From: Candidatus Methylopumilus sp.
Lineage (GTDB): Bacteria > Pseudomonadota > Gammaproteobacteria > Burkholderiales > Burkholderiaceae_B
Assembly (NCBI GenBank): GCA_021738045.1
Contig: JAIPCU010000001.1
Location: 751 to 64,750, forward strand
Length of the DNA: 64,000 bases
Direction of reading: 5' to 3'
This document shows positions 38,995 through 50,666 of this stretch, one piece after another. The notes under the pieces were generated by a model that ran no database searches, was not told where the DNA came from, and was given only the letters and a program-made list of their open reading frames with translations. The translations under genes and the position numbers were made by a program. Position 1 is the stretch's first letter. Each line of letters begins with the position of its first letter.

Positions 38995-39088
38995 TGGCGG
39001 AGGCGCAGGGATTCGAACCCTGGATGCAAGTTTTAGCTCACATACTCCCTTAGCAGGGGAGCCCCTTCAGCCTCTCGGGCACGCCTCC
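38995..39088 (-). tRNA. tRNA-Ser (anticodon GCT)
   Basis: GGAGGCG acceptor stem, CT-GCT-AA anticodon loop, long variable arm, GGTTCGAATCC T-loop, encoded CCA. Confidence 0.97.
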
Positions 39089-39278
39089 AAACCAAGTGCG
39101 AATTCTAGCATGAGACAGGCTTAGCTCCCCCAAGCTCGGCAAGCAGATTGAACAAGCCACGGCACTTGGCTGTCCGAGCAACATCTACTTACATACTTTT
39201 ACAAAAAAACACTTGATTTTTGACAATTCAGCGTTTAATATTGATATACATTAACGGCTATCATTTAGAAAATCTTGT

Positions 39279-39527
39279 ATGCCAAGTCTGCGACTGTCAA
39301 AGTGGGGCAATAGTGTTGGGATACGTATCCCCACTGAATACTTACGTCTAACTGGGATGAAGGCCGGCGATCATCTCGAGGTAAATTTTGATGCCAATGG
39401 CGCGCTCACGCTAAGATCAGTCGCCTTCAGTAGAAAGGCCTTTGCACTCGAGCTGACGGCCCAACAACATGACATGCCGATGGGTGACTCTGTGATTGAA
39501 GCACTACGGCAAGGCGCACGCTATTAA
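39279..39527 (+). CDS. vapB: AbrB/MazE-type antitoxin (VapB)
   Basis: LSKWGNSVGIRIP motif; overlaps the toxin start by 1 bp. Confidence 0.88.
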   Translation: MPSLRLSKWGNSVGIRIPTEYLRLTGMKAGDHLEVNFDANGALTLRSVAFSRKAFALELTAQQHDMPMGDSVIEALRQGARY

Positions 39528-39949
39528 TGCTGTACGTCGACACCAGTGTGTTAGTGGCCCTACTCACTCAAGAAAGCAAGACTTCCGATGTCATAAAGTG
39601 GTACGGCAGTTGCAAACAAGACCTAGCGTCTTCGCACTGGTGCGTCACTGAATTTGCCAGCGCACTTGGCCTGAAGCAAAAAACCGGCCAGTTGACGAAA
39701 GCGCAAGCTCAGGCCTCATGGATAAAATTTGAACGTTTGTGCCAACAAGACCTGCAACTCTTATCCAATGCCGCGGTACATTTTTATGACGCAGCGCTGC
39801 TGGCCATCGACACTGCAATTAACGTGCGAGCAGGCGATGCGTTGCATTTGGCTAGCGCCACCGCAAACAAAGCTACAGGCTTAGTTAGTTTGGATGTCGG
39901 CTTGTTGAACAGTGCAAAGCTGCTAAAACTAAAACCGATCGCACTTTAA
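39527..39949 (+). CDS. vapC: PIN-domain toxin (VapC)
   Basis: MLYVDTSVLVA, TEFASAL, AGDALHLA and SLD acidic PIN residues. Confidence 0.9.
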   Translation: MLYVDTSVLVALLTQESKTSDVIKWYGSCKQDLASSHWCVTEFASALGLKQKTGQLTKAQAQASWIKFERLCQQDLQLLSNAAVHFYDAALLAIDTAINVRAGDALHLASATANKATGLVSLDVGLLNSAKLLKLKPIAL

Positions 39950-39994
39950 ATGCCACGACCCCGCTTAAACCTGACAAATATCGCCGAACGAGAC

Positions 39995-40039
39995 GTTAAA
40001 TATATCTAACATTTACTATAAAAGTTAAATATATTTAAC
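39995..40039. repeat. Two copies of a 16-bp AT-rich palindrome
   Basis: GTTAAATATATCTAAC at 39995 and GTTAAATATATTTAAC at 40024. Confidence 0.8.
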
Positions 40040-40059
40040 AACCGACACTTAGAGCCGAG

Positions 40060-41325
40060 TTAAACCTTAGTCGGCGCAGCCGTTTCAAGCCCAAAGGCTT
40101 TATGCAGTGCGCGAACGGCGAGCTCCATGTACTTGTCTTCGATCAGTACCGAGGTTTTGATCTCGCTGGTGCTGATCATTTGGATATTGATGTTTTCTTG
40201 TGCAAGGGTTTTGAACATCAAGCTTGCAACGCCCGCATGCGAGCGCATGCCGATACCGACGATTGAGACCTTTGCGACTTTATCGTCTGATAACACTTCG
40301 CTTGCGCCCACGGCTGGGGCGATGGCGCCCTTGAGCAGCGCGAGCGTGCGATTGAATTCGTTGCGATGTACGGTGAAGGTGAAGTCGGTTGTGCCAGCCA
40401 CTGACTGGTTTTGCACAATCATATCGACGTCAATATTGGCATCGGCCACTTTGCCCAAGATCGCAAAAGCAATACCTGGTTTGTCGGGCACGCCCAACAG
40501 TGTGACTTTGGCTTCGTCGCGGCTAAAGGCGATGCCTGAAACAACGGCTGCTTCCATTTTTTCGTCTTCCTCAAAAGTAATCAGGGTGCCAGAGCGCATC
40601 TCTTCGTCTAGCGACATATTGGGATCGGTCAGTGATGACAGCACTCGGACTGGCACGCGGTATTTGCCCGCGAACTCAACAGAACGAATCTGCAACACCT
40701 TAGAACCTAGTGAGGCCATTTCAAGCATCTCTTCAAAAGAGATGACATTGAGCCGGCGCGCATCGGGTTCAACGCGCGGGTCAGTGGTGTACACACCATC
40801 GACATCGGTATAGATCAGGCACTCGTGCGCCTTGAGAGCCGCAGCCACTGCAACAGCAGAAGTATCTGAACCGCCGCGACCGAGCGTGGTGACATTACCT
40901 AAATCATCGACCCCTTGAAACCCGGTCACAACCACGACAAAGCCGGCGTCAAGATCTTGGCGGATACGAGTGTCGTCAATCGAGGTGATGCGCGCTTTGG
41001 TATAGGCAGAGTCAGTACGAATCGGCACTTGCCAGCCTGCGTAGCTGCGAGCTTTTAGGCCTTCGGCTTGCAGTGCAATTGCCAGCAAACCGCTTGAGGC
41101 TTGTTCACCGGTAGCGGCGATGGCGTCGAGCTCGCGGCCATCAGCCTCAGCTGAGAGTTCACGTGCAAGCCCAAGCAGGCGATTGGTTTCACCTGACATC
41201 GCCGAGGGCACAACGACTACTTGATGCCCAGCGGCGTGCCACTTGGCCACGCGACGCGCCACGTTTTGAATGCGTTCGACTGACCCCATCGAGGTGCCGC
41301 CGTATTTATGAACAATGATTGACAT
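40060..41325 (-). CDS. lysC: Aspartate kinase
   Basis: VHKYGGTS, TTLGRGGSDTSA and DVDGVYTTDPR motifs; two ACT domains. Confidence 0.97.
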   Translation of the reverse strand: MSIIVHKYGGTSMGSVERIQNVARRVAKWHAAGHQVVVVPSAMSGETNRLLGLARELSAEADGRELDAIAATGEQASSGLLAIALQAEGLKARSYAGWQVPIRTDSAYTKARITSIDDTRIRQDLDAGFVVVVTGFQGVDDLGNVTTLGRGGSDTSAVAVAAALKAHECLIYTDVDGVYTTDPRVEPDARRLNVISFEEMLEMASLGSKVLQIRSVEFAGKYRVPVRVLSSLTDPNMSLDEEMRSGTLITFEEDEKMEAAVVSGIAFSRDEAKVTLLGVPDKPGIAFAILGKVADANIDVDMIVQNQSVAGTTDFTFTVHRNEFNRTLALLKGAIAPAVGASEVLSDDKVAKVSIVGIGMRSHAGVASLMFKTLAQENINIQMISTSEIKTSVLIEDKYMELAVRALHKAFGLETAAPTKV

Positions 41326-41394
41326 GATGTTAAATAATTAGATTCGAGGGCTCAGGCCCACGATGTCAGCGTATGAGCTACAAAGTCGACTATT

Positions 41395-42387
41395 TTAGCC
41401 CGAAGACAGAACAACCCGCCCTTGTTTGCAGCGAACCGCCACTGACCCATGCTGCCAAAGCAGCTCACGGTCGTGCCCCAAGGCATGCAGTTGCCGCAAC
41501 TGACGAAGCAAATCGGCTAAACGGCGTTCGCCTGGCATCGCCACGCCCTGCTTTTGCAACCAATAGCGCACGACTAACGCCTGGCGGGCAGCACTTAGGG
41601 ACCGCCAAGCTAAGAGGCTGAAGCTTTGATCCTCTGGTTTTACATCCATAGCCGCCAAATCAAGCGCCGCGACCTCGGCCAGCACCTCATTGGCTTCACT
41701 AGCCTGCTTGGCATGACGCACGAGGGTTTGGCACCACGCTGGCCAGTGGGTGTTTAGCACCGGCGCGAGCGCACTGCGTAAGGCACCTCGTGCGTATTTT
41801 GGGTCGGTATTACTGGGATCTTGGACTGCAGCCCAGCCAGTGCGCTGCTCGTAAGCCTGTGCGACGGCAAGTAACTCAGCCCGCTCAACCTCAAGCCAAG
41901 GTCTGAGCAGGCGCATGCCACCACGCTGCGCTTCGGCTCGCATCGCGGCAAGCCCTGACACGCCTGTACCGCGCAACAGCCGCAACAAGACCGTCTCGGC
42001 TTGATCTTGACGATGATGGGCCAACAACAGGGCGGCCACGTCATGCTCAAGGCAAAGCTGAGCCAAGGCGGTATAACGTGCGTCTCGCGCAGCGCCCTCG
42101 ACACCCAAGCCAGCAGCGAGATCCACCTGCACGTGGCACACATGAAGCGGAATATTTAATTCTTGCGAAAACGTTTGTAAGTGCGCAACCCAGCCATCGG
42201 CCTGCGACATCAAGCCGTGGTGGACATGAAAAAAATAGAGTGGTCGCGGGGTGCTAGCGCAGTGCTCTGCCGCAACAAGCGCCAAAGCAACCGAATCAGC
42301 ACCACCGCTCAACGCCACAGCAACTGGCGCCTGAGGAGCCAGCGCTGACAAGGCTGTTTTCAGTAAAGCAGAAAGGTTCGAGTGCAT
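41395..42387 (-). CDS. tilS: tRNA(Ile)-lysidine synthetase
   Basis: ALSGGADS PP-loop, AHHRQDQAET..LRLLRG and DPSN motifs. Confidence 0.95.
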   Translation of the reverse strand: MHSNLSALLKTALSALAPQAPVAVALSGGADSVALALVAAEHCASTPRPLYFFHVHHGLMSQADGWVAHLQTFSQELNIPLHVCHVQVDLAAGLGVEGAARDARYTALAQLCLEHDVAALLLAHHRQDQAETVLLRLLRGTGVSGLAAMRAEAQRGGMRLLRPWLEVERAELLAVAQAYEQRTGWAAVQDPSNTDPKYARGALRSALAPVLNTHWPAWCQTLVRHAKQASEANEVLAEVAALDLAAMDVKPEDQSFSLLAWRSLSAARQALVVRYWLQKQGVAMPGERRLADLLRQLRQLHALGHDRELLWQHGSVAVRCKQGRVVLSSG

Positions 42388-42402
42388 CGCGCGCGTTCGA
42401 AA

Positions 42403-43365
42403 CTACGTTTGAAAACGCCCGTACGACAATAAACGCTCAAGACGATGATCGATCAGTTGTTGGGGGGTCATGCCCGACAATTGCCGTAGCGCATCACCCA
42501 ACGAACGACGCAGCAAACGCGCCATCACGCGCGGATCGCGATGCGCGCCACCGATGGGCTCATTGACTACCCTGTCAATCAAACCAAACTCTTTTAAACG
42601 ATCGGCGGTAATTGCCAACGCGGCCGCAGCGTCAGAGGCCTTATCGGCGCTGCGCCACAAAATCGAGGCACACCCTTCGGGCGAAATGACCGAGTAGGTT
42701 GAGTACTGCAACATCATGACCACGTTACCAACAGCGATCGCTAGCGCGCCACCCGAACCACCTTCACCAATAATGGTCGAGATGATTGGCACTTTGAGTT
42801 CAGCCATTGCATACAGGTTGTGTCCGATCGCTTCTGACTGACCGCGTTCTTCGGCACCAATGCCGGGATACGCACCAGGGGTATCCACAAAAGTAAAGAC
42901 AGGCAAATTAAATTTTTCAGCTAGCCGCATCAGGCGCATCGCCTTACGATAGCCTTCGGGGCGAGGCATTCCAAAATTACGCGCGGCGCGCTCTTTGGTG
43001 TCGCGTCCTTTTTGATGACCGAGCACCATGCAGGGCGTGCCGTTAAAGCGTGCCATTCCACCAACAATCGACAAATCATCGGCGTACATCCGATCGCCAT
43101 GTAGTTCGTGGAAGTCGGTAAAAATCTCACGCACATAATCCAGCGTATAGGGGCGCTGAGGATGACGCGCCACCATCGAGGTTTGCCAAGGCGTTAACTT
43201 TGCATAGATATCTTTGGTCAGCGTCTGACTTTTTTGTTGCAGACGACCGATCTCTTCAGAAATATCAACCGCTGAATCTGCCTGCACATAGCGCAATTGT
43301 TCGATCTTGCCTTCAAGTTCGCCTAGCGGTTGTTCAAAATCTAAGTAGGTATTGCGCATATTCAT
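42403..43365 (-). CDS. accA: Acetyl-CoA carboxylase carboxyltransferase alpha subunit
   Basis: [23 protein letters not shown] and GEGGSGGA motifs. Confidence 0.97.
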   Translation of the reverse strand: MNMRNTYLDFEQPLGELEGKIEQLRYVQADSAVDISEEIGRLQQKSQTLTKDIYAKLTPWQTSMVARHPQRPYTLDYVREIFTDFHELHGDRMYADDLSIVGGMARFNGTPCMVLGHQKGRDTKERAARNFGMPRPEGYRKAMRLMRLAEKFNLPVFTFVDTPGAYPGIGAEERGQSEAIGHNLYAMAELKVPIISTIIGEGGSGGALAIAVGNVVMMLQYSTYSVISPEGCASILWRSADKASDAAAALAITADRLKEFGLIDRVVNEPIGGAHRDPRVMARLLRRSLGDALRQLSGMTPQQLIDHRLERLLSYGRFQT

Positions 43366-43386
43366 TTGCCCTGAGGGGTGACGTAT

Positions 43387-44214
43387 TTAGTACTCGACCG
43401 GAACTGGATCAAGACTACGCCACAAGTACCAAGTCGCGACAGTTCTAAAGGGCTGCCAACCCTGTGCCACTTCACGCGCCTCGAAACGAGATACGGGTTC
43501 GCCACTGAAGTAGTGTAACGATATTGCGTTTAATAAGCCGACATCATCAAGCGGCAAGACATCGGGGCGCTGCAGATTAAAAATCAAAAACATCTCGGCT
43601 GTCCAGCGGCCAATGCCGCGAATTGCAGTGAGCTCTTCGATGATCTCTTCGTCTGGCATACGCGCCCACTTAGCGGGCTGCACAAGCTTGTCGCTAAAGT
43701 GGGTTGACAGGTCAAGAATATATTCGGCCTTACGCCCAGACAAACCCGCTGCACGCAGGCGCTCGAGCCCAGCTTGTTGCACTGAGGCGGGCGAGGGTCG
43801 CTTACCGCACTCTAGCAGCACACGTTGCCAGACCGACTCGGCAGCTTTGACCGAAATTTGTTGGCCACAAATTGAGCGCGCCAAAGTAATAAAAGGGTTA
43901 CCCCGCGTGGTTAACCAAATATCCGGAAACCGCGGGATGATTTTTTTAAGAATACGATCACGCTTTACGAGTTGCGCAAGCGCGTCATCCCAGTACTCGG
44001 GCTTATCGGCCAGTGTCGCCGGAATTGCTGCGGTCATCGCTGCAATCTTACCTGCAGTTTTAGCGCTCGATTGAACAGGTCTCGCAACCGTTTTAGCTGC
44101 TGTCTTGATCATTTTAGCCGTCTGTTTAGCCACCGCCTTGACTGTTTTAGTCGTTGGCTTAGCTGATGTCTTAGCTGCTGGCTTTTTAACTGTCTTTGCT
44201 GTCGTCGTTGCCAT
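43387..44214 (-). CDS. DNA-3-methyladenine glycosylase (AlkA/HhH-GPD family) with Lys/Ala/Thr-rich N-terminal extension
   Basis: GQQISVKAA, GIGRWTAEM and PDVLPLDD motifs; ATG at 44214. Confidence 0.9.
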   Translation of the reverse strand: MATTTAKTVKKPAAKTSAKPTTKTVKAVAKQTAKMIKTAAKTVARPVQSSAKTAGKIAAMTAAIPATLADKPEYWDDALAQLVKRDRILKKIIPRFPDIWLTTRGNPFITLARSICGQQISVKAAESVWQRVLLECGKRPSPASVQQAGLERLRAAGLSGRKAEYILDLSTHFSDKLVQPAKWARMPDEEIIEELTAIRGIGRWTAEMFLIFNLQRPDVLPLDDVGLLNAISLHYFSGEPVSRFEAREVAQGWQPFRTVATWYLWRSLDPVPVEY

Positions 44215-44225
44215 TATTTTTGACC

Positions 44226-45737
44226 TTACGCGCGTCGCCACTGGGTCAGGCCACCGGGCTTGTCATCAAGCTCGACTCCTGCAGCTTTGAGTGTTGCACG
44301 AATTCGGTCAGACTCGGCAAAGTTTTTTTGTTGTTTGGCAAGTGCACGTGCAGCAATGTGTTCCTCGATCTGTTGCTCTGTTAGCGCACCGCTTGCCTCT
44401 GAGGTAATCGCAGCACCCGCAACCGCAGTCACTGCGCTGGCTTGCTCGAGCGCGCGCCGGGTATAACGCGTGGCACTTTGAAAATAAACTTTAGGATCTT
44501 GCTGCAACAAACCCAACACTGAAGCGAGTGCCTTGAGTTGCAAGCACACACTAGCATCTCGACTGCGATTGGCTTGACTGGCCAATTCAAATAACGCAGC
44601 GACCGCACCCGCAGAATTAAAGTCGTCATCCATCGCCACCTTAAAGGCTTGCGCCGCAGGGTTTGACCAGTCAATGCTGGCCGAACCGCTCGTGGGGATG
44701 TTTTGCAAGGTTTGATATAAACGATCCAGCGACTGCTGCGCGTCGATTAAATTATCGGGCGCATAGTTTTGCGCACTGCGGTAGTGGTTACGCACGATAA
44801 AAAAGCGCAACATTTCGGCTTCGCGCGGATTGACCTGATACTGCGCAGATTGGGCATCATGACCTGGTAGCTCAGTGCTCGCACCAATGGTTTGACGAAT
44901 CGTACGAAAGTTGCCTAACGACTTCGACATTTTGTCAGAGTCAACCATCAACGGACCGCAGTGCATCCAAGTGTTGGCAAGCGCGCCGCCAAACGCACCT
45001 TCGGTCTGAGCAATTTCGTTTTCGTGATGCGGAAATTTCAAATCGGGCCCGCCACCATGAATATCCAGTGGCACGCCTAACAAAGCCTGACTCATCGCCG
45101 AGCATTCGATATGCCAACCTGGCCGCCCCCAACCGTAAACCGACGGCCAGCGGGTGTCGTCGGGTTCATGTTCTTTAGCGGATTTCCATAAGACAAAATC
45201 CAGAGGGTCACGCTTATTGGACCCCACAGCGACCCGCTCACCTGCCCGCAAATCATCGAGCGATTTGCCCGAAAGCTTGCCATAGCCAACAAACTCGCGC
45301 ACCGCAAAATTAACGTCGCCGTCGGGCGCGTGGTAAGCCAACCCCTTTTTTTCAAGCGTGCCGATAATATTGAGCATATCGCCCACATACTCGGTTGCGC
45401 GAGGCTGATGATCAGGGTTTTGAACGCCCAACGCCAGTTCATCGGCGTGCATCGCCTCAATGAAAAACTGGGTCACCTCACCAAGCCGTTGATTGGATTG
45501 GACCGCTTTTTTGATGATTTTGTCATCAATATCAGTGATATTTCGCACATAGTTGACTTGCAAGCCGGAGGTCCGCAGCCAACGCTGGATCACATCAAAG
45601 CTCACCAGCATGCGTGCGTGCCCAAGGTGGCAATAGTCATACACCGTCATACCACAGACATACAAGCCGGCAAAACCAGCCCTTAAAGGGGTAAAGGGAC
45701 GCTTAGAGCGTGACAGCGAGTCGTAAATCTGCAGCAT
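44226..45737 (-). CDS. cysS: Cysteinyl-tRNA synthetase
   Basis: [25 protein letters not shown] and KMSKS motifs. Confidence 0.97.
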   Translation of the reverse strand: MLQIYDSLSRSKRPFTPLRAGFAGLYVCGMTVYDYCHLGHARMLVSFDVIQRWLRTSGLQVNYVRNITDIDDKIIKKAVQSNQRLGEVTQFFIEAMHADELALGVQNPDHQPRATEYVGDMLNIIGTLEKKGLAYHAPDGDVNFAVREFVGYGKLSGKSLDDLRAGERVAVGSNKRDPLDFVLWKSAKEHEPDDTRWPSVYGWGRPGWHIECSAMSQALLGVPLDIHGGGPDLKFPHHENEIAQTEGAFGGALANTWMHCGPLMVDSDKMSKSLGNFRTIRQTIGASTELPGHDAQSAQYQVNPREAEMLRFFIVRNHYRSAQNYAPDNLIDAQQSLDRLYQTLQNIPTSGSASIDWSNPAAQAFKVAMDDDFNSAGAVAALFELASQANRSRDASVCLQLKALASVLGLLQQDPKVYFQSATRYTRRALEQASAVTAVAGAAITSEASGALTEQQIEEHIAARALAKQQKNFAESDRIRATLKAAGVELDDKPGGLTQWRRA

Positions 45738-45850
45738 GCTTTGTAGGGGATTAGAGGCCAGAATAGAGAAAATTAGACGCTGCGCGGTGTTCAGGCAAAA
45801 GCAGCGTTAAAATGCGAATGGTCAAGTATAGCAATTGAGGGTTTTACGCC

Positions 45851-46621
45851 TTGAAGCTGCCAAAAAGCATATGTTCGATTCTGTTCTCCGTTAGCACTGC
45901 AGCGCTGCTGCCAGGGCTAGGGCTTGCCCAAGTCAATTACGGCAGCGCCATCAATCAGGGGATCGTTAACCCCTTGAATCCCAACGCGACGACACAACCG
46001 CATAATCAAAATTCGCAAGGGCGAATGCCCTCGGCCATGCCTGATGCTGCGGCGAATCAGGTACTAGGCGATCAACCCAAAGAATTGGGCTGGGACGGCT
46101 TAGCCAAAGTCTTAGACGCAATTTCGCCTTCGGTTGATACGCGCGTACCCCTGACGCCCGCTGAAGTCGCTACCCGCATCGAGGGCCTGATTCGGGCCGA
46201 TCGGCTGCCTGAAGCACTCGCCGAGGTCGAAAAACGTCTGGTCGTCGAAGCCAAACGCTCCACGCCCGGTACCGACGTGCAGCTTATGTTTATGCAAGCT
46301 CGTTTGTTTACAGAAATGAACCGTCTGACCGAAGCCGAAGCCATCTACCAACGCATGACCATGCGCTTTCCAGAACTTCCCGAGCCTTGGAATAACCTTG
46401 CCACCCTGTATGTCCGCCGTGACGAACTCGATCAGGCGCGCCGTGCTCTCGAGCAAGCAATCATGATTAACCCTAAATACGCCGTGGCACAGGCTAATCT
46501 GGGTGATGTGCAAATGAGTTTGGCACTGCGAGCATACCAACGTGCAGCCGCAGCAGGGGTACCCGGCCTCACCCCAAAAATTCGTACCGTAAAGACTCTA
46601 ATCGAGGGCCCTGCTAAATGA
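45851..46621 (+). CDS. Exported TPR-repeat protein
   Basis: Signal peptide; [12 protein letters not shown] and [16 protein letters not shown] motifs. Confidence 0.85.
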   Translation: MKLPKSICSILFSVSTAALLPGLGLAQVNYGSAINQGIVNPLNPNATTQPHNQNSQGRMPSAMPDAAANQVLGDQPKELGWDGLAKVLDAISPSVDTRVPLTPAEVATRIEGLIRADRLPEALAEVEKRLVVEAKRSTPGTDVQLMFMQARLFTEMNRLTEAEAIYQRMTMRFPELPEPWNNLATLYVRRDELDQARRALEQAIMINPKYAVAQANLGDVQMSLALRAYQRAAAAGVPGLTPKIRTVKTLIEGPAK

Positions 46622-47256
46622 CCATTTTTTTAAATTGGCTGCGTGTCGTGCGCAGCCTTGTACTAGTTGGTATGCTGCCGCTAGTGTGTTTGAGCGCCCA
46701 GGCGGCGCCCCCTTCTACCTCAACCCCTAAACAAGGCGTTACTTCAATGAGCACCAACCCCCGCGTCAAAATGACCACTAGTCTTGGCGATATCGTCATC
46801 ACCCTAGATGCCGCTAAAGCCCCAAAAACAGTGGCTAATTTTTTAGCCTATGTCAACGACGGTTTTTATAACGGTACGATTTTTCATCGTGTCATTGATG
46901 GCTTCATGGTTCAAGGTGGCGGCTTTGAACCCGGCCTGAAGCAAAAGCCTACCAAGGCCAACGTTGAAAACGAAGCTAACAATGGTCTGAAAAACAACAA
47001 GTACACCTTGGCAATGGCTCGCACCAGCGATCCGCATTCGGCTACCGCTCAATTCTTTATTAACGTTGCAAATAACGACTTTCTAAACCACACTGCACCC
47101 ACCGCGCAGGGCTGGGGCTACGCCGTGTTTGGTGAAGTCACAGAAGGTAAAGACATTGTCGACAAAATGAGAGCTGTCGCCACGGCGAACAGTGGTTTTC
47201 ATCAAAACGTGCCCACCACAGATCTCGTCATCACAAAGGCTGTCGTCCTTGAATAA
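46618..47256 (+). CDS. Cyclophilin-type peptidyl-prolyl isomerase (PpiA/PpiB)
   Basis: [14 protein letters not shown] and [18 protein letters not shown] motifs; start may be the internal MSTN. Confidence 0.93.
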   Translation: MTIFLNWLRVVRSLVLVGMLPLVCLSAQAAPPSTSTPKQGVTSMSTNPRVKMTTSLGDIVITLDAAKAPKTVANFLAYVNDGFYNGTIFHRVIDGFMVQGGGFEPGLKQKPTKANVENEANNGLKNNKYTLAMARTSDPHSATAQFFINVANNDFLNHTAPTAQGWGYAVFGEVTEGKDIVDKMRAVATANSGFHQNVPTTDLVITKAVVLE

Positions 47257-48028
47257 GATTGCCCTTGCAGGTCCGGTCTGGCTCGCTTCAGATGTTCATT
47301 TGGGGCAGAACACCGTTCAAACCTCAGAAGCCTTTCGGGACTTTCTCAAGCTAGCCTCGAAAGAGGCGGCGGGGTTGTTATTACCGGGCGACATCTTTGA
47401 CGCCTGGATTGGTGACGACGTGGCCGTCGTGGCGCCGCCTTGGCTTGCACAAGACTTGATGGCAATCAAAGCATGTGCAGCCAAGATTCCGGTATGGCTA
47501 GGTCGTGGTAATCGCGACTTTTTGATGGGTGAAGCCTTGGCCGCTGGCCTAGGCGCCCGTTTATTACCCGAGCAAGTTTTGGTCACCATTGGTGGGCGCA
47601 CCATGCTGCTCAGCCACGGTGACGAGTATTGCACCGATGACCTGCCCTACCAGCAGTTTCGCGCCATGGTGCGCAATCCCGCATGGCAATCTGGCTTTTT
47701 GGCACGCAGTATCCCTGAACGACTCACGCTAGCCGCTCAGGCGCGCGGCGAGAGCATGGCTGCGAATCAAAACAAAAGCAGCGAGATTATGGATGTTAAC
47801 GCCGATGCTGTGGCTGCCGCGATTCGCGCAGCCAACGTGTCAATGGTTGTGCATGGTCACACACATCGCCCTGGTCGTAACGTTTTGTCGGTAGATGGCA
47901 ATCGCTGCGAACGTTGGGTGTTGCCCGACTGGGATTGCGATCATCTTGAAAACGGCGACAGCGCACGCGGCGGCTGGATGGTGATCGATGAAGACGGCCC
48001 GAGTTTATTTGATTTAGATCGCGCGTAG
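47249..48028 (+). CDS. lpxH: UDP-2,3-diacylglucosamine hydrolase
   Basis: SDVH, GDIFD, GNRDF, HGD and HGHTHRP metallophosphoesterase motifs; follows ppi. Confidence 0.93.
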   Translation: MNKIALAGPVWLASDVHLGQNTVQTSEAFRDFLKLASKEAAGLLLPGDIFDAWIGDDVAVVAPPWLAQDLMAIKACAAKIPVWLGRGNRDFLMGEALAAGLGARLLPEQVLVTIGGRTMLLSHGDEYCTDDLPYQQFRAMVRNPAWQSGFLARSIPERLTLAAQARGESMAANQNKSSEIMDVNADAVAAAIRAANVSMVVHGHTHRPGRNVLSVDGNRCERWVLPDWDCDHLENGDSARGGWMVIDEDGPSLFDLDRA

Positions 48029-48078
48029 CCTTCAACATGCCCAATGTTTTGGGCGTACAGCGCTATTGCACAGCGTGG

Positions 48079-49635
48079 TCAACAGCCTGCGTTAGTTTTT
48101 TTAACGCGTACCTGTGCAATGCGCCTACCGTCGATTTGCAAAACTTCAAAATTAAAGCGCGCGTGCGGCCCAACAAACTCGCACTGATCGCCCGCCACTG
48201 GTAATTGCCCAAAGCGCTCAAGCAGGTAGCCCGCAAGGGTTGTGTAATCCTGGTCGGCATCTACCAGCCCTTCGGTATCAAGTAGCTGTTCAAGGTGATG
48301 CAAGTCTGCCGCGCCATCCACGCGCCATTGATCGGCTCCGTCTGAAACAATATCCGGAGCCTCATCCTCGTCTGGAAACTCGCCCGCGATTGCCTCAAAC
48401 ACATCGATGGGCGTGACCAACCCTTGAATCGTGCCAAACTCATCGGCTACCAACACCAACTGGCCGCGCGAGCGTTTCAAGATATCCATCAACCGAATAA
48501 TGCTAATCGTATCGTGCACGATAATCGGCTCACGCAAGTTAACTTTGCGAATATTGCCATGCGTCAGCAGATCCGCAATCATGTCTTTCGCGCGCCCAAT
48601 CCCCACCACGTCATCAACCGAAGCGCGGCACACCGGAAAAAAGCTATGAGGGACTGAAGTGATCTGTTGTTGAATGTCTTGCGGAGTGTCGTCAAGGTTA
48701 ATCCACGAAATCTCAGTGCGTGGGGTCATCACAGAGTGGACAGAGCGCTCGGCGAGCGTCAAGACACCACTGACCATGTTGCGCTCTTCAACACCGAAGG
48801 TAATTGCCTGTGCGTCACCTTGCTGCGACGGGGCCGGTACGATCGTCTCATCAGGCAAACGCTTGCCTAACATTCGCAGAACGGCCTCGGCCGTGCGCTC
48901 GCGCATCGGGCGCCCCGCCTCAAGTTTGATCCCGTTGTGCCGAGCCAGCTGGTTCAAAAGTTCGATCAACACCGAGAAGCCAATTGCGGCGTAAAGATAA
49001 CCCTTGGGTACTTTAAAACCAAACCCTTCAGCCACCAGCGAGAAGCCAATCATCAGCAAAAAGCCGAGGCACAAAACCACCACCGTTGGATGTGCATTCA
49101 CAAAGGCGGTTAAGGGCTTTGAAGCAATCAACATGATGCCCACGGCAATCACCACAGCAGCCATCATCACCGGCAAATGATCAACCATGCCAATCGCAGT
49201 AATCACTGCGTCGATTGAAAAGACCGCGTCTAACACGACGATCTGGGTAACAATCACCCAGAAATCAGCGTAAGTCCTGGCCTCACCGAGCTCGCGGCGC
49301 GTGCCCTCAAGGCGCTCGTGCAACTCAAGCGTACCTTTTAGAAGCAAAAAGAAACCGCCCACCATCAAGATGAGATCACGACCAGAAAACTCAAAGTCCC
49401 AAAAGCTTAACCAAGGCTCTTTGAGCTGTACCAGCCAAGAGATGCCCATCAGCAAGCCCAAGCGCATGATCAGGGCCAGAGACAGACCAATAATGCGCGC
49501 GCGATCACGCTGGGCCGGCGGTAGTTTGTCGGCAAGAATCGCGATAAAAATCAGATTATCAATACCGAGAATGATCTCGAGTACGACAAGGGTAAAAAGG
49601 CCGACCCAGATGGTTGGGTCATACAGCCACTCCAT
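48079..49635 (-). CDS. TerC-family membrane protein with CBS and CorC domains (YoaE/YegH-like)
   Basis: [29 protein letters not shown] and DEFG motifs. Confidence 0.92.
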   Translation of the reverse strand: MEWLYDPTIWVGLFTLVVLEIILGIDNLIFIAILADKLPPAQRDRARIIGLSLALIMRLGLLMGISWLVQLKEPWLSFWDFEFSGRDLILMVGGFFLLLKGTLELHERLEGTRRELGEARTYADFWVIVTQIVVLDAVFSIDAVITAIGMVDHLPVMMAAVVIAVGIMLIASKPLTAFVNAHPTVVVLCLGFLLMIGFSLVAEGFGFKVPKGYLYAAIGFSVLIELLNQLARHNGIKLEAGRPMRERTAEAVLRMLGKRLPDETIVPAPSQQGDAQAITFGVEERNMVSGVLTLAERSVHSVMTPRTEISWINLDDTPQDIQQQITSVPHSFFPVCRASVDDVVGIGRAKDMIADLLTHGNIRKVNLREPIIVHDTISIIRLMDILKRSRGQLVLVADEFGTIQGLVTPIDVFEAIAGEFPDEDEAPDIVSDGADQWRVDGAADLHHLEQLLDTEGLVDADQDYTTLAGYLLERFGQLPVAGDQCEFVGPHARFNFEVLQIDGRRIAQVRVKKTNAGC

Positions 49636-49837
49636 GGAGGGCTCCGAAAGTTACTGAGTGTTTGATGGTAGCCGATAAACACCCCTATCAGGCACCATCT
49701 CAGGTGGGTTAAGCCCCCACAACGTTATGTAGTATTTAGCCAGACTTAATTGCTACTTTCAAATAGACGGCAGCCAACGTCTGGTCACTTGCGAGTTGAC
49801 ATCGTCAAGCCCAGCTTAGGCTTGACGCACGTCAAGA

Positions 49838-50626
49838 TCACACCTTAACAAAACCCAACATCTGCGTGAAAATCTTAGGCGTTGCGGCCAACACGTTGCC
49901 AGATTCCATCCAGGTTTGCTCGCCCTCTAAGTCAGACACTAGCCCGCCTGCCTCAAGCACCATTAAGCTTGCCGCAGCCATATCCCACTGCTTTAACCCA
50001 ATCCCGCAAAAACCATCTAGCCTGCCAACGGCAACGTAGGCCATGTCAAGCACTGCTGAGCCTGTGCGACGAACACCTGCGCACCCGCGTGCCATTTCAA
50101 GATAACGTGGCGCGGATAAGTCATCAGGGCCAACTGAACCGGGCCAGCGGGCACCCAGCAACGCATCGTGAAACTTGGTTTGTGCGGTGACGCGCATGCG
50201 ACGGTCATTTAAAAACGCGCCGCCACCGCGACTCGCCGTGAACATTTCGTTGCGCGAGGGATCATAAATGACAGCATGCATCACTTGCCCGCGTTGACGC
50301 AGTGCAATTGAAATCGCGTAGTTCGGAAACCCATGAATGAAGTTGGTGGTGCCATCGATGGGATCAATGACCCATTCGTTTTCAGCAAGTTCGCCTTCGG
50401 GTGTGTTGCCATGTTGGCCAGACTCTTCAGCTAAAAAGGTGTGCTCTGGATAGGCAGTACTCAAAAGGCTGATAATCTCGTCTTCGGCGAGACGATCGAC
50501 TTCCGTGACATAATCGCGAGGCCCTTTACGGGCGACTTGAAGGCGATCTAAATCGAGGCTTGCGCGGTTGATAATGGTGCCGGCGCGCCGGGCCGCCTTG
50601 ATGGCGGTATTAAGCATCGGGTGCAT
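49838..50626 (-). CDS. suhB: Inositol monophosphatase family protein SuhB
   Basis: WVIDPIDGTTNF and WDMAA motifs; divergent from trmJ. Confidence 0.93.
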   Translation of the reverse strand: MHPMLNTAIKAARRAGTIINRASLDLDRLQVARKGPRDYVTEVDRLAEDEIISLLSTAYPEHTFLAEESGQHGNTPEGELAENEWVIDPIDGTTNFIHGFPNYAISIALRQRGQVMHAVIYDPSRNEMFTASRGGGAFLNDRRMRVTAQTKFHDALLGARWPGSVGPDDLSAPRYLEMARGCAGVRRTGSAVLDMAYVAVGRLDGFCGIGLKQWDMAAASLMVLEAGGLVSDLEGEQTWMESGNVLAATPKIFTQMLGFVKV

Positions 50627-50666
50627 AAAGGGTGCTTTATTTAATTAGGCTAAACAGGGATTTTAG

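Noticed and set aside
38995-39088. tRNA-Sec, suggested by its length and the selenium genes
   Set aside because: The anticodon is GCT with a normal 7-bp acceptor stem, so it is tRNA-Ser
49636-49800. yybP-ykoY manganese riboswitch upstream of the TerC-family gene
   Set aside because: Only a weak GAAAGTAGC resemblance; the conserved core and four-way junction could not be identified
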